Position numbers and translations under genes: made by a program
Source: the human T2T-CHM13v2.0 reference genome, Homo sapiens
Direction: 5' to 3' (one strand)
DNA: 64,000 nt
NCBI RefSeq assembly: GCF_009914755.1
Contig: NC_060925.1
Notes under the pieces: generated by a model
Seen by the model: the letters and a program-made list of their open reading frames with translations, nothing else
The model's database searches: none
What the model was told of the DNA's origin: nothing
In this document: one piece after another, positions 1-13,995 of the stretch
Position numbering within the stretch: position 1 is the first letter of the stretch
Layout of the letters: each line of letters opens with the position of its first letter

Positions 1-89
1 GGGCTGAAGTACAACATGTCATATAGTGTGTGGCAATTATAACAGGGCCTCACTCTTCTTTCTTCTTCCCAAGGCCTAATCAGTTACAT

Positions 90-226
90 AAAAAAAGAAA
101 GAAGAGAGGAGACAAGAGAAGAAAAGAGAAGAGAAGAGAAGAGAAGAGAAGAGAAGAGAAGAGAAGAGAAGAGAAGAGAAGAGAAGAGAAAAGAAAGGAA
201 AAGAAAAGAAAACAAAAGAAAGGAAA
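90..226 (+). repeat. Polypurine tract with a (GAGAA)n microsatellite core
   Basis: Tandem GAGAA units at about 116-190, inside an almost pure A/G tract. Confidence 0.95.
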
Positions 227-2519
227 TTACCACGAAACCAGTCCTGGAAAATGTAAAATGTTACTTGCATCATCATGTGAAAAAGCTCAAAAGATGGAAA
301 AATATTTTCTAAGTACATTATTTGGACATAAGTATCTTCCAATATATTTTAGAGAATGGAAGATGTGGTGAGTTGAAAAGATGAGTTTACCATAGGAATT
401 TAACTAGGTATCAGCTCTACATATGCTTTATGGTCACAAGTTGCCACTTATAAAACATTTATATACTCTTATGCATATCATATAACTGAACATGAATGTT
501 AGCATGTAAGTATATGTATCTGATGAAAATGCCAGAGTTATAAAATCTTTTTAATGTTTTTTTAATCACAAAAATATCAAAATGCACCTTGGTTTTAGGG
601 AATAATTTTCTATCACTGGTCCTGAGAACCTCTAAAATTATGGAACAATCGTTCCAGACTCTCAATACCATTAAGTTCAATGAACTATAAACTCCAGGGC
701 AAAGAACACAGCTTTTTTGATCAACAATGTATACTTAACGTCCAAGCTTAATGACTGAAGAAAGTAAACTCCCTAAAAACATAGGTTTTTTTTTTAATGA
801 ATCAAAAGAAAAGGAAAAAGAAAAAGATATTTAGAAAGGACCCATAGTTTGTCATCTGAATGCAGCAGACATTTAAAATGGACTCTATCTTTTCAAGAAT
901 AGGAAATCTACTGACCCCTTTCAAGGGGTTCACCCACCTTTCATTGCCTCCCTCAGCAGAGGGGTTGCTGGATGCCATTACTCAAGGAAACAGTTTTGAT
1001 TCCTTCCTGATCGCCTATTATCTCTCTTGTTTTATTGAACCAGGGTCTCTCTGCACCCTGGCAGAAGCTGGCAATTCATCAGGATACCATTTAGAGAATC
1101 ACTGTGATGCTTAGTTTACAGTCCACGAGGCCACTACTGGGAGAATCTGTATCAATGTGTTTTATGCCTCTGAAATTTGGGCAGCAAAGGAAAAGTGCTT
1201 CAGTTATAAACATGCAATGTCCATAGTTCTCATCATCCTTCTGAACAAACAGAAGCTCCCCTTTTCTGAACCCAAATGGAGCAATCCAATTACAAAGTCA
1301 TTAAACCCCGTTATAAGGTGGTTCATAGGAGTTCCTGTTTCCAGCAAAAGCCTTTTCTGTGTTCATCCAACATATATTCTGGCCTCTTGCACTCAGTTTA
1401 CAAGGTTTCTAATTAAGCTCCAGAGAGGATGATATAGTTCACTGAACTGAGTCACTATGCTACAACTGGGAAAGAAGAGGCATTCCTATTTTATCAGAAA
1501 AATAAACACTTTAGTTTCATTTCCTCTGCCACACGTTATCTCTTTGTGCTGTCACAACATTTTTTATAGGTTTTTATTTCAAAGGATTACCTTGAGATTA
1601 CTGTCAATGCAAGCCAGAGAGACATCCCCATACAGAATATAGGGGTAATATTTTTTCTCCTAAAACATCCTGCTACAGACAATATAATATCATATAATAT
1701 CACCGAAATAATCTCCCCTATTAAGAGCAAAGAGACAGTTTTCAATAGTACTTTGGTCCAAAATTTGAGGAAAATAAAATGTTTATCAGTGACAAAAATA
1801 CAATTTACCAGCTTGATTTTTAAGTCAAAAATTTAACCTTTTAAACGATTTCAGAAGCTCCGCTAATTTCTACTGTTCCTTGTAACATCTGTAGGCAAAA
1901 TACAACATGCTGGGTCATAATTCATAGCTTGGCAAGAAAATGTTGCTTAAAAACATAAAGGTCCTTTTCTTTTTATGCAAGAGGAAAACATTTTAGTTAT
2001 TATTCAACTCAAGTAAATGCTCATAACCATGGAATTAGATATTTCTGAAGGGTTCATTCCTGAGCTTTCTGGGTTGAATTAGGCTTTCTCAGAACTATAC
2101 TTCATGTCACCCACATGTCTTAAGAACTGGTGCCTTCTGCTCAGCTGTGCATTTTTTTTGCAGACATGCCGGATATCTACGCAGTAAGTGCTCTGAAACT
2201 TCAAAGAGACACAGAGCATTCTGTGCTTTCTCTTCCCACCATTCCATGTAAACACCATGAATAACCAGACCATTTTTATGCCCAAAGGCCCTGATGGCTT
2301 GACTTTTTGGTCTGTTAATTGTTCACAATCACTCCTTGCCTGTATTGTGCTTGGTAGGACCACCTTTCTGCAGCCAAAATCCAGCCACTTACCACTGCAT
2401 ATACTTCCTACAGCGGAATAGATACTGACCAAAGCCTAGTAGAAACCTGCATGGCATCCTGTCTCTTAATACTTAATGCTACCATGCCCTCAGAGTATTC
2501 TTATTCAGAATCTAAACAA

Positions 2520-2925
2520 GCATGTATTCAGAGGCTACAATGTATCAGGCATTGGTGGTGTTAGCAGTCATAGTTCAGTGAATGGGAAGAAAGATAAAAA
2601 TCCATGCCTCCCAGTGACTTTAAGTCCTGGTAGGGACAAATACAGAAGATAAGTAAATAAACAAGATAACTGTAGATAGTAATAGGCTCTGTAGGCAATA
2701 CACCTCAGGATAATGTGATAGAGAATGACTTGGGGATAGGTAATACCCAGATGGGGAGCTGGAACACCGTCCAGGGCAGATGGCATTTGAACTGAAACCT
2801 GAAGGAAAAAAGAATCTGGATAGCCTCAACACCAGATCAAACAGGTTTTGAAACATAGAAAACAAGAACAAAGCCCCCAGTGGGTGAGAGGAACTGAAGA
2901 AGCCTAGTAGGATGGAAGTATAATG
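2520..2925 (-). mobile_element. L2 LINE 3' fragment, highly diverged
   Basis: L2-like motifs taaataaacaagataact, gatggcatttgaactgaaacctgaagga, gaggaactgaagaagcc. Confidence 0.65.
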
Positions 2926-3169
2926 ATACTCGTACACTGGAGAATATTGCTAAGCGCAAACAATTCTAAGCTTGTGAAAGTTCCTTGTGATTACTCTATA
3001 TTTCTTTGAATCATATTGATGAAAAATTCTTTGTAATAATTCCCATCCAAATGTGACTTCTTGGGTGCAAACATAATTTTCACAACTTATTTAAAAGCCT
3101 ATTTAACTTTGCCTATAGCATGCTTCACAGAAATAGTAACACCCATCTTACAGGACTTTCATGAAGACT

Positions 3170-3550
3170 ACTATGTACGGCAGTCCTCACTTTTTTCCTG
3201 CTCAAAATCCTGTCTCCCTTTCCTTTTAAAAGAACACAGACTTTGTTCGTGACCATAATGTGTTCTCCTTAAAACTACATGCATGCATGCATTCCTACAC
3301 ATATACCCACAACCTCACCACTGCTTGCAGCTAGTGAGTTGGCAAGTATGGCACACGTAGCACAGAGATACTAATGAGATGTGAACAGAAGATAGATCTT
3401 AAACTCACCCATTGTATTTCCCTTTACTGTTCCCTGTCTGGAAAATGAATGTGATGCTAAAAGAAAGGCAGCCTTCTGTGACCCTGAGGTAGCTATGAGA
3501 AGTTGCATATTTGGAACAGTTGAATGGACAGCTTACAGGAGCTGTGTTCT
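3170..3550 (+). mobile_element. Old MaLR LTR (MLT1J/K-like)
   Basis: Motifs cttgcagctag, aatgagatgtgaacagaag, gaatgtgatgct...gcagcc..tgtgaccctgagg. Confidence 0.55.
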
Positions 3551-3778
3551 ACATAGCTACATAGCTGTATGTAGCCAAATGCAGAATTATATGTAAAGTG
3601 CCACAAAACAAATGTAAGGTAAATAGTAGTGTAAGGCCTTCATTATCATTTATATTACTGGTGTGTTTTAATGAAGCATTGAATTTATTTACAGAAAAGG
3701 ATGCTAAGTTGAGATATTTTAAAGTCAAGCTATATAAGAATTTGAAGGGATATTTAATATAATATCTCCTTTCCCACC

Positions 3779-4119
3779 AGCCATCAATCTCAGCAAACTC
3801 ACACAGGACCAGAAAACCAAACACTGCATGTTCTCACTCATAAGTGGGAGTTGAACAATGAGAACACATGGACACAGGGAAGGGAACATCACACAGCGGG
3901 GACCGTTGCAGGGTGTGGGGGCAAGGGGAGGGAAAGCATTAGGACAAATATCTAATGCATGTGGGGCTTAAAACCTAGATGACAGGTTCATAGGTGAAGC
4001 AAACCACTATAGCACAAGTATACCTATGTAACAAACCTGCACGTTCTGCATATGTATGCCAGAACTTAAAGTAAAATTTAAAAAATAAATAAATAAAAAT
4101 AAAATAAATTAAAAAAAAA
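3779..4119 (+). mobile_element. L1PA (about L1PA8-11) 3' end, 5'-truncated, with A-rich tail
   Basis: aaaccaaacactgcatgttctcactcataagtgggagttgaacaatgagaacacatggacacagg...acctatgtaacaaacctgcacgttctgca...agaacttaaagta then poly(A). Confidence 0.95.
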
Positions 4120-5399
4120 TCTTTTTAAAAAGTAACACACCTAGTAGCTATTTACTTCCATAACTATTGTATTTTCTTGCCATACCAAAATATCTGGCAT
4201 TGTAAGAATGCACAATTAAATATCATTCATTTACTGACCTAGTGTATTGCCAGCAAAGAACATGAAGACATATTCTGCTATTGTTTTTCTTTCTACCATT
4301 GATGGTGGCACCAGGCATTTCTCCTATATTCCAAATAAATAATAGAAAATACCTTTGCAGCCATATGAGCATTTGGAAATTATCCTAGCAATCTGGCAAG
4401 AGCAAGGAGGTTGACCCGGCCTGCAATGATAAGAACTTAGGGGCTCCTTGTGGCCTAAACTTGTAGCAGGACAATTCTGAGATCAACATTATCACTGTCA
4501 ATGAGATAGAAGTCTTCTACACAAACAAATGTCTGCTGCTCAAAGGCCTAGTCAGTGTACACCATCTCCCATAAGAAACTTCCCACAGGAATCTTTAGTA
4601 AACAACTAAACAGCACTATCCACAATAAGCAGTTGTTATTTATTAATGACCTATTATTTCACCAAACTTATAGTATTAAAATTGTAATTAGTAGTTGCTA
4701 TCCATTAAGTACCTATGAGCCTAGCACCATACAATACAGTATACATTGTCCTTAATCTTCATATTACTTAATAATATGATTAATAATCCCCAAAATATGT
4801 AAAATTAATTGAATTAGCATACATAGGAAAAATTCAAATGCATTTTAAAATTTCTTTATTAAAATAAGCTAGATAACTATGTGGTCAAAATGCTGTCATC
4901 TATTACCTACGTTGACTTATTGATGAATGTGTGTAGATACTTTGTCACTGGGTCACTTATGTCTTCAGGCTGCTTATCCATGTCTGCAGAATTTTGCACA
5001 GAGTTCTTCCAGGAACTGCCAGGCTTTCTCAGGATAAGATATATCAGATGCATTCAGTGTGATCAGACACATTGGGGTACATTTCTCCCAGAGGTGTACC
5101 TGCTGTTTGTAATGCTGCTCAGGATTTCTGCCTACAAACATGGGAATTCTGATAAATTCTATCTTACACAATTCCCATAAAAATATATGTTGTGGGATTA
5201 TGGTTACACTTATACTTTTCAGGTATATTCCTAATAGGAGAGACCCACCATTTTGACTAGGCATCTACAAAAACTTAACTCTACCCCTGTCCCTTACAAT
5301 TTTTCATGTTTAATGTTTAGAAGAGTTTTCAACAGACCATCTTCTAGCTCCAGGTATTTCACCTTTTCTCTGCCACTACCCAAGTATTTCTCTATTTCT

Positions 5400-5850
5400 T
5401 CAATTTTTTAAATTAAACTTTTTTTAAGTAAATCACAGATCCACATGCAATTGTAAGAAATAATATAGAGAGACCCATTTCTTCCATATGGCAACGTCTG
5501 GCAAAACTATTCTATAACATCGCAACCAGGATATTGATGTTGATACAGTCAAGATTCAAAGTACCACCATCACCACAAAGACCCCTTATGGTGTCCTTCT
5601 TCCCTCCTGCCAGACCCACTTCCCTCCTGCCCCCACCTCCTCCTTAACCCTGGCAACCACCAACATGTTCTCTATTTCTATGTTTTTATTTTTTCAAAGA
5701 TTTTATATAAATGAAATCATATAATGTGCAACTTTTGGTGACTGCCTATTTTCAGTCACCTGAATTTTCTGGAGCTTCATCCAGGCTGCTGTGTATAGGA
5801 ATAATTTGTTCCTTTTTATTACTGAGTAGTATTCCATGGTATGAAAATAC
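5400..5850 (-). mobile_element. L1MC-type 3' UTR fragment
   Basis: cacatgcaattgtaagaaataatatagagaga, caaccaggatattgatgttgatacagtcaagat, taaccctggcaaccacc, gagtagtattccatggtatg. Confidence 0.85.
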
Positions 5851-6721
5851 CGCCCAACTATTTTTATTGCCAAACTCTGTAGTTCACATTCATATCACAA
5901 CATGACCTCCACCCCAGCACCTTCATGACATGATGCCAAGTAAGTCAACTTAGTGGGCAAAAGGAATGTTCCTTACAGGTATCCAAATTCAGTTTAGCAA
6001 TGACTGAATTATATTTGGAAGTTTTTAAACATTCCAAACTTCGTCTCCAACTCAACTTTCTCTTAGTAAAATGCAAAAGTTAATTAATTTTTAAAAGGAA
6101 GAAAAGAAAAAGAAAAAATTATGTTGCCACTCCAATCCTGCCTGATATGAAAGGAAGTATGGCCGAGGGGAATACAGCGTGGAAAGAGACAGTGGTCTCA
6201 CACAATTATGGTTAAAATATTTTACATTTATAAATTGTATAGCAGTCTGTGCTCAGATGAATACATGGCTAGGGCCTCTTTTAGGAATCTTGAAAGAGGT
6301 CAGAGGAAGCATGGGACCTGGAGCATAGGGCTCTTTAGAATAAACCTGCTTCAACTTTCAAATTGCCTATGTGTTAACAGGATCTCTCTTGTTAACTGGA
6401 GAAGCTGCCATGCTTATCTCACCAGGCACAAAAATGCTTCCAGCCAAGTCTTCACAATTGCCCTGAACAGGTAAAATGAAAGATACCCACACTTGAGGCT
6501 GATGCCCCAGAATACAAATTATTAATGGGTACAAGACCTATTAATGACTTGAGTCTGTAGAGAGCACCCAGAAAAAGAAAGAGCTCTTGATGTCTCACAT
6601 AAAAAGACGTTTTAATTATTGAACATTTAGTGGCAGGGGTGAGGGAAGGGGAGTGTGGGAGGGCCCAGGTGGAAAGCAGAAATTTTCCTCTACGACTCTC
6701 TAGCAACAACAACTGCCAATG

Positions 6722-6826
6722 ACAACAGCAGCTATGTGTTGAACATTTGTTCTGTGCTAGTATTGTCAATTCATTTAAGTCATAAAACAATTCTTTGAGG
6801 CAAGTACTTTATTATGTCCATGTTTA
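6722..6826 (-). mobile_element. MIR fragment (left part; probable continuation at about 11410)
   Basis: ttgaacatttgttctgtgctag...tcatttaagtcataaaacaattctttgaggcaagtactttattatgtccatgttt. Confidence 0.65.
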
Positions 6827-9021
6827 AAAGTCAGACTTATTAAGGTATAATTTATTTATCCTTTTTACTGCAAGCCTCGAAATCAGGTAGTGTAATTTTG
6901 CTAGGTTTGTAATTCTTTCTCAAAATTATTGGTCAGTCTTGGCCTTTAGCTTTTCCATATAAAATGTTATATCATCTTATGAGTTTTACTAAAAAGCCTT
7001 CTGAAATTTTGACTATTGTTGCATTGAATCTTTGATGAATTTGGGAATAATTGATATCCTAAAAATATTGAATCTTCTTAACCATGAATATAGTATATGT
7101 CTCCATTTATTTGGGTCTTTAATTTGTCTCAGCAACATTTTGACATTTTTATCAAACAAATCTTACGGATACATTGTTAGATGTATATCTAAACCTCTCA
7201 TGACTTTGATAATATTTAAATGATATTTCCAATTTTCAATTGTTTACTGCTAACAATTGATTTTTATATTGATTTATTTACTGTGACCTTGCTAACCTCA
7301 TTTTATTAGTCCTAGTAGATATTTTTGTAAATTCCTTGAGATTTTCTTTAGAAAGAATTATCCTGTTTGTGAATAGAGACACATTCATTTACTTATTTTT
7401 GATCTGTATGTCATTTATTTATTTCTCTTGTTATAATGTACTTGGTATAACCTCCAGTGCAATGTTGGAAAGAAGTAGTGAGAGTAAACACCCTTACCTT
7501 ATGCCTGACCTTGGGAGGAAGGTATTCTGTCTTTTACTGTTAAATCTAATATTAGCTGTGGACTTTTTGTAGATATCCTACATCAGATTGAGGGAGTTTC
7601 CTACTATTCCTAGTTTGCTGAGAGTTTTATAGTTGAAAACTATTTTCAATAGTTGCATAATTCATTGTTAACTAGAATATGGTCTATGTTGGTGAGTGTT
7701 TCATGTGTACATAAGAATTATGTGTTTCCTGCAACTGTTAGGTGGAGTGCTTTCTAAATGTTAAGTAGATTCATATTATCAAGTAGGTTAGTGTTATTAG
7801 AATCTGTTATCCAGGTCCTCTATATTCTTACTAAAATTTTGTCTACTGATTCCATCAGTCAATTAGATAGCAAAGTTAAAATATCCAACCATAATTGGGA
7901 TATACCTATTTCTCTTTTATGTTTTATCAGATTTTTGCTTTCCATATTTTGAAGCACTGTTATGAAGTGCATACAAATTTACAAATTATTATTTTTTCTT
8001 GGTGAATTCACTTCTTTATGTTATATGTCTCTTTACTTCTGAAATTATTGATTAGCAATTACAATATATTTTTCACTCTTTTTCTTTCAACCCATCTATG
8101 TTGTTATATTTTAAAGTTTTGTTTTATAGACAGCATATGATGTATTTCTACTTTTTGATTCTATCTTAATACCTATGGTTTTTAATTGGGGTATTTTAAC
8201 CCTTTATTATATTGTTATTTGTTTTATTTTTCCTTTGTCTAATCTGTTCTTTTTAGTTTTTCTCTGTTTTCTTCTGCTGTATTTTATTTTATGACTCCAT
8301 CTTATTCCCACTTTGGTTTATTAGGTAAACATCTTTATTTTTTCAATTTTTTAATGATTACTGTACCGTTTAAATTATATTTTTAAAATTTATCCAGTCT
8401 ATCTTCAAATGATATTTCTCCACTTTAGATACCATTAGAAACCCTGAAACAGTATACTTTTATTTCATCCAGTCCATTCTTTATGAAGTTGCTGTAATGC
8501 ATTTCATATCTATATAAGTTATAAACCCCATATTGAATGGTGATATTTTTTCTTGTTTTTTATTTTTTTATTAAAACAGTTCAAAATTAAATCAAATTCT
8601 TTTGTATTTATCTTCATTTTTACCACTTTTAGAACTCTGTATGTCTTATGCAGATCAAAAGTTTCACCTAGTGTTATACTCTTGCTTGAAGAACTTACTT
8701 TGACAATGCTTATAGTACAGGTCTACAGGCAATGAGTCCTCTCAGATTTGTTTTGTATATTTTTTGTCTTTATTTTTATAAAGATATTTTTACTGGATAG
8801 CAAATTCTGAATTGGCAGGTTTTTCCCCTCCAAGTACTTTAAAGTTGTAACTCCATTGTATTTTAATTTGCATGATTTCTGCAAAAATATTTGCTATTGT
8901 TCTTAGTTTTGTTACCTTATGTATAATGTGTTTTGTTGTTTTTCCTTTTGACAGCCATAACATTTTCTCTTTGTTTTGGTTTGCAGTAGTGTAAGTGTAA
9001 TGTGACTAGGTATATTCTATT

Positions 9022-9045
9022 TTCTCTATCTATCTATCTATCCAT
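9022..9045 (+). repeat. (TCTA)n microsatellite
   Basis: tctatctatctatctatcc. Confidence 0.8.
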
Positions 9046-9600
9046 CATCAATTGATCAATTGATTGATCTATACTTATACTGCTTGGGATCACCTGGGCT
9101 TCTGGAATTGAAAATTTGTTGACTTTCATTATTTTAGAAAATTCTTACCTAGTCTCTTCAAAATTTATTCTGCCAAGTTTCTCTCTCTTCTTGTCTAGGA
9201 CTCCAATTACACACATATTAGACTATTTGACATTGCTTCATAGCAGCTGGATGCACCATTATGTTTTCTTCTCTTTACGTTTCCATTGATATACCTTCTA
9301 GTCAACTGAGTCTATTCTCTGCTCTGTCCAGTTTGCTCATACACCCACTGAAGGAATTTTTTATTTGTGACATTTTTTTTTATTTTGACCCTTTGCACAT
9401 GACACATACTTCATATAGTTTTCATCTCTGCTGAAATTACTCATTTGCTTATGTATGTATAACATCTATCCACGAAATCCTTTAAAATATTAAACATAGT
9501 TTATTTAACGTTTCTATCTGATAATGATGTCTGGATCATCTATAAATCTGGTTTTGCTGGCTACTTTATACCTTGACAGTGGGTTGTTTCTCCCTCAATA

Positions 9601-9630
9601 TCTCTTTCTCTCTCTCTCTCTCTCTCTCTC
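9601..9630 (+). repeat. (TC)n microsatellite
   Basis: Direct reading. Confidence 0.9.
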
Positions 9631-10976
9631 CCCACCCCTGACCAATGAGTATGTGTGTATCTTGTAATTTTTGGTTTATTGCTGAACATTATGTTTAAAA
9701 TAATATAGACTGAGGTAAACAGTCTTTATCCTGGAAAATAGGCATGCCTTTTATTTTCTCATGCCATTCATATGCATGTCATGTTGGGAAGGTTTAGTCA
9801 GTCTAATCAGTTTTTGAGCTTGGCTTGTGTTTTGTTATTGCCATGGTAACCTTCATTCCAGCAATAACTTCCCATTCCACTGGCATTTCACTGTCGATAC
9901 CTTGTGCTTAATTGGATTTTGTCGTAGGAGGATTTTCCCCTGTGTTCTTGCTCTATTCTCAATTTTTAACAGTCCTTGTATGCTTATGCCATTTAGGAGT
10001 ATCTCTTTATACTATTGTTCTGTCTTAATTATTATTTTGCACATTGTTCAAGGTGTGATGGGTAAAGTGGGTAGTTTTCTATTATCTTGACCCAGCCTCA
10101 CACTTACGTAAGTCCTGGGTGTCTAGACCTTGAGAATGGAGCTCTCTCAGTGTTCCTGCCCATCCTCATGGTAGCCAAATGTTTCCCTTATTTCTGTAGG
10201 AGGGTGGGGGAGCTGGGTGGGAGAGAATACTGTTATTTCCCCCTGTGCATTGTATCATCTCAAAATCCTGGGTCCTAGCAGTGTTTTTTCCTCTCTCTCA
10301 AGGAATATAGATTTTGTTTTCATTCCTCTTTTGGTTCCAATTTACCCCTGCCTATTTCTATTGGCAGGGGTTTTCTTAGCACTTCTGCAGTAGTACACTG
10401 CTATTGCTTATTACTCAGTACAAACCTTCTGGTTGGAACAGGCAGCTTTTGCTTCTATTCCTTCCTCCTTTCCTTTTCCTGGGACTGGAAGTAGTTGAGT
10501 TTTTAACTCCTCCTCCAGAAGCAAACTACTTTGCTTTTACCTTCTCCCACAGGCAGTAGTTCTTTGCCAGGGTGCTAGGAGAAGAAGGAGTTACCCGCCC
10601 CTTTTCTGGGATCAGAAAAAGGGGGACAACCAGTATTCATTTGAGAGAAATATGAAGATGCACCATTGAGGGTGTTCACTTAGTTTTCCTCCCCTTCCCT
10701 AAATACTTTCTGTGGGCACAAGTAGGGCCTGTAAATTTAAAAAATATTTAGAAAGTACAGACTTCACACATATCTGAAGTCCTGGGGATTCTACTCTATC
10801 ATATTAACTTTACACTTGGCCTTTTAAAACGTGTTAAAAATTTTGGCTATTTTCTCCTTACTGGCTGTAATTGACAGTCACCTCTTTCTTTCATAATCTT
10901 CCAAAGGTGAAATGGTTTATTTGACTAATCTCTTTTTGGAGGGAGTTTCTCAGCCTTTGAAAATAAGATTCTGTGA

Positions 10977-11299
<323 letters not shown>

Positions 11300-11409
11300 G
11301 TCTCTTTAAAAGAGTAATGTTTTCATAGATTTTGTTGTTATTTTTGTTGGTAGAGTAAAATGACATTCTCTTGCAGCTTTCTACATTTTTAGCAAAAAGG
11401 GAGACAACC

Positions 11410-11550
11410 AGTATCATTTTATATGAGAAATATGAGACTTGGAGAGGCCAAGTAACTTGCCGTGTATCGTAATCTATTAAATGTTACGGCCAATATTTAA
11501 GCTCAGATTTTTCTGAAATAAAAGCCTATTGTCTTAAACATCACACTGTA
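11410..11550 (-). mobile_element. MIR fragment (core)
   Basis: cattttatatgagaaatatgagacttggagaggccaagtaacttgcc. Confidence 0.65.
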
Positions 11551-11718
11551 ATATATCTTGTGTAATCTTCTCATCAAAAGTACGTATTTGAGGTGTCTAA
11601 TTAATTCTAGTCAGACCCAACTGTTTTCCTTTTTATTCCAAATGAGCACTGGAAGCAATGTTAAAACTATTCAACGAGTCAATATATTTTCTATCCTAAG
11701 TGCATCTAGAGTACAAGA

Positions 11719-11741
11719 TTTTTTTTTTTCTTCAGGTGAGT
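11719..11741 (+). promoter_or_regulatory. Juxtaposed 3' and 5' splice-site motif (recursive-splice-like)
   Basis: T11-CTTCAG immediately followed by GTGAGT. Confidence 0.35.
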
Positions 11742-12999
11742 ATGCCTAGAAAATCTAAGCCCTTCTCTGATACCTCAGCCATTTTGGAAAGTAAATGCTC
11801 AGCACTTCTGCCATTATTAAATAGGCTTGGATAACTCTAAAAATTTCTACTAGCACTGCCTTGTAAAAATGCACAGGCAAGCCCAATGAGGACATCATGT
11901 GATCACAGGAGCTTGAGCTTAAAAAGAGAGGACAACTTTAGGGAAGAAGAATTCTGCATCAAGTTGGGGAAGGCAATGGAGAGGCAACTCGGAACAGATG
12001 GCACAACAGAAAGTAGCTTAGTAGGAACTGATATTGTTACCAGAGAAAGTATCAAAATCAAAGGCAGAGGCAAAGATAGAAGCTAGAGCACAGAGAATGG
12101 TCAAGAAAGGAGGACAGAATTAGGCTTTTGAAAGAGGTGGAAAAGTGGTTAGGAAGAGATCTACAAATATAAAATATATCCTTCTAGTCACCTGCAGAAG
12201 CCATCCTGGTAGTTAGGAACCTGTGAGAGTCTGATATGCAGCCAGATGGCCCTCACACCTTGGCCAGACATGTATTTATACAGTAAATTCTATCTCATAA
12301 ACCACTTTCTCATGTTATCTTATTTGAAATGCATGGCAATCCTATGTAGCAGGGACAGAAGGTATTGTTAGTTCCATTTACCAGGTGAAAACCCTGAAAC
12401 AGAATGTTCATAATTCATCAGATTTTCCAACCATACCTGCACTCATAGATCATGACATAAACAACAATGCTATTTTTTCATCAGTCTGATCATGCATATT
12501 TGTGTGTGTTTATTTACTTCCAAGGTGTCTACAGAGTTGCACACACTCTCTGAATGTTGCTAAGATATATAAATGTGGTTACTGTTAAAAATCACAAGAA
12601 ATCCATTAATGATTCATTCCATTTAACAAATTACAATATGATAAAAGGGAAGAAATTTAAAAGGGAAGAATTCTCTCCAAAGTTCAAGCAACAAATTTTC
12701 ATGTGATGTTGGGAAAAGCAAAATGTTTTACAGCTTTTAGAGGCATAAATCAAAACCTTCCCACTAACACTTACAACCATTTTGAGGTTTTATTAAAGAA
12801 AAAAAATATCTGAAAATTCATGACTTGGATGATGAATAGGACTAGAAAGAAAGAGGAAAGGCCTGCATGTGGTAAGTGGAAGGCATTGATGAATATTTGG
12901 AACATTCTTTTCTTAAGCCCCTCTATAAAGTATTTTCCTACATCATCTTTAAACTGCACAGATGGGTTCATGAATCTGGCTTCCTCACTATAGCAGGAC

Positions 13000-13100
13000 A
13001 TTCTTAAAGGCAGGGTCTGGACGGATTCACTTTTTATATCCTAAGTGCCCAGCAGAGTTCCTAAATGCAGTAAATGTTCAATAATATTTGGTGGATAAAA
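13000..13100 (+). mobile_element. L2 3' end
   Basis: ttcttaaaggcagggtct...agtgcccagcagagttcct...agtaaatgttcaataatatttg. Confidence 0.6.
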
Positions 13101-13117
13101 GAATGGTGCCATCACAA

Positions 13118-13370
13118 AACACACATATACACACAAGTACATATACTCACATAATAGTAGCACCCATACCATTCCATAAATGTATACAGTTTTATATATA
13201 CCTAATCCATATGTATGTATATGCACACATATTTTCATCTATATAATGGGCTATATATCATTATAAAAATACAGAATCATATAGGTGTTGTTGCTATGTG
13301 AGTATGTGTATACTCATATAAAAGTATGTTTCATACACGCGTGTGTATATGTATACATATATGTATATAG
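13118..13370. repeat. Low-complexity CA/TA/TG-rich tract
   Basis: Degenerate (CATATA)n and (TGTATA)n. Confidence 0.7.
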
Positions 13371-13887
13371 TCATTTTATCTTTGAATTTTTCACATTATA
13401 TTTTAATCTCAAATAAGCTTTAGTGAAAGTGAGTTATAACAATGAGAATAACTGATTTTAGTCTTGACTAATGAGAATCTCAATTAAAAATGTAAGTCTG
13501 AAGCATAGCATGTCAAATATACATATGTTTATATAATATAAATTATTTTGGAGGTCCCCGATACTTTTCATTACCTGATCACAATTACAGGTAATTGAAA
13601 GTTATTAGAAACTAAGCATAAAGCTGTGCACTCCCGACACCATAAGACCTCCAACCCACTGGTCAGCTAAAACCACTTTCTGATATACTCTGCACAATGA
13701 CCCTGGTGGCTGTCAGCTCTTTCCTGCTTTCCTGCTTCCCTGGAACCTGACAGGACCCCAGTGATGATTTACCTATGTCATGTTATGTAGTCCACAGCTT
13801 GACTGAGGTCTTGTTCTGATTTACAGCGGAGTGTTGAACAAAGTCTGTCTGGAATAAACTGAATGCATTCAGGAAAATTTCCTTCTC

Positions 13888-13995
13888 GTTCATTCATTTA
13901 TTTCCTCATTCTCAAACATTGAGCATCTGCAATGTTACAGATACTGCACTAAACATTGGGGTCACAAAAGTGAATGAAGCACAATCCTTGTCTAA
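13888..13995 (-). mobile_element. L2 3' end
   Basis: ttcattcattta...aaacattgagcatctgcaatgt...gatactgcactaaacattgggg. Confidence 0.65.

Noticed and set aside
30-371. 113-aa K/R/E-rich ORF and its antisense 88-aa ORF
   Set aside because: Translations of the (GAGAA)n microsatellite
860-2432. 84-117 aa ORFs in apparently unique sequence
   Set aside because: No recognisable domain or convincing splice context; lengths are compatible with chance in 64 kb
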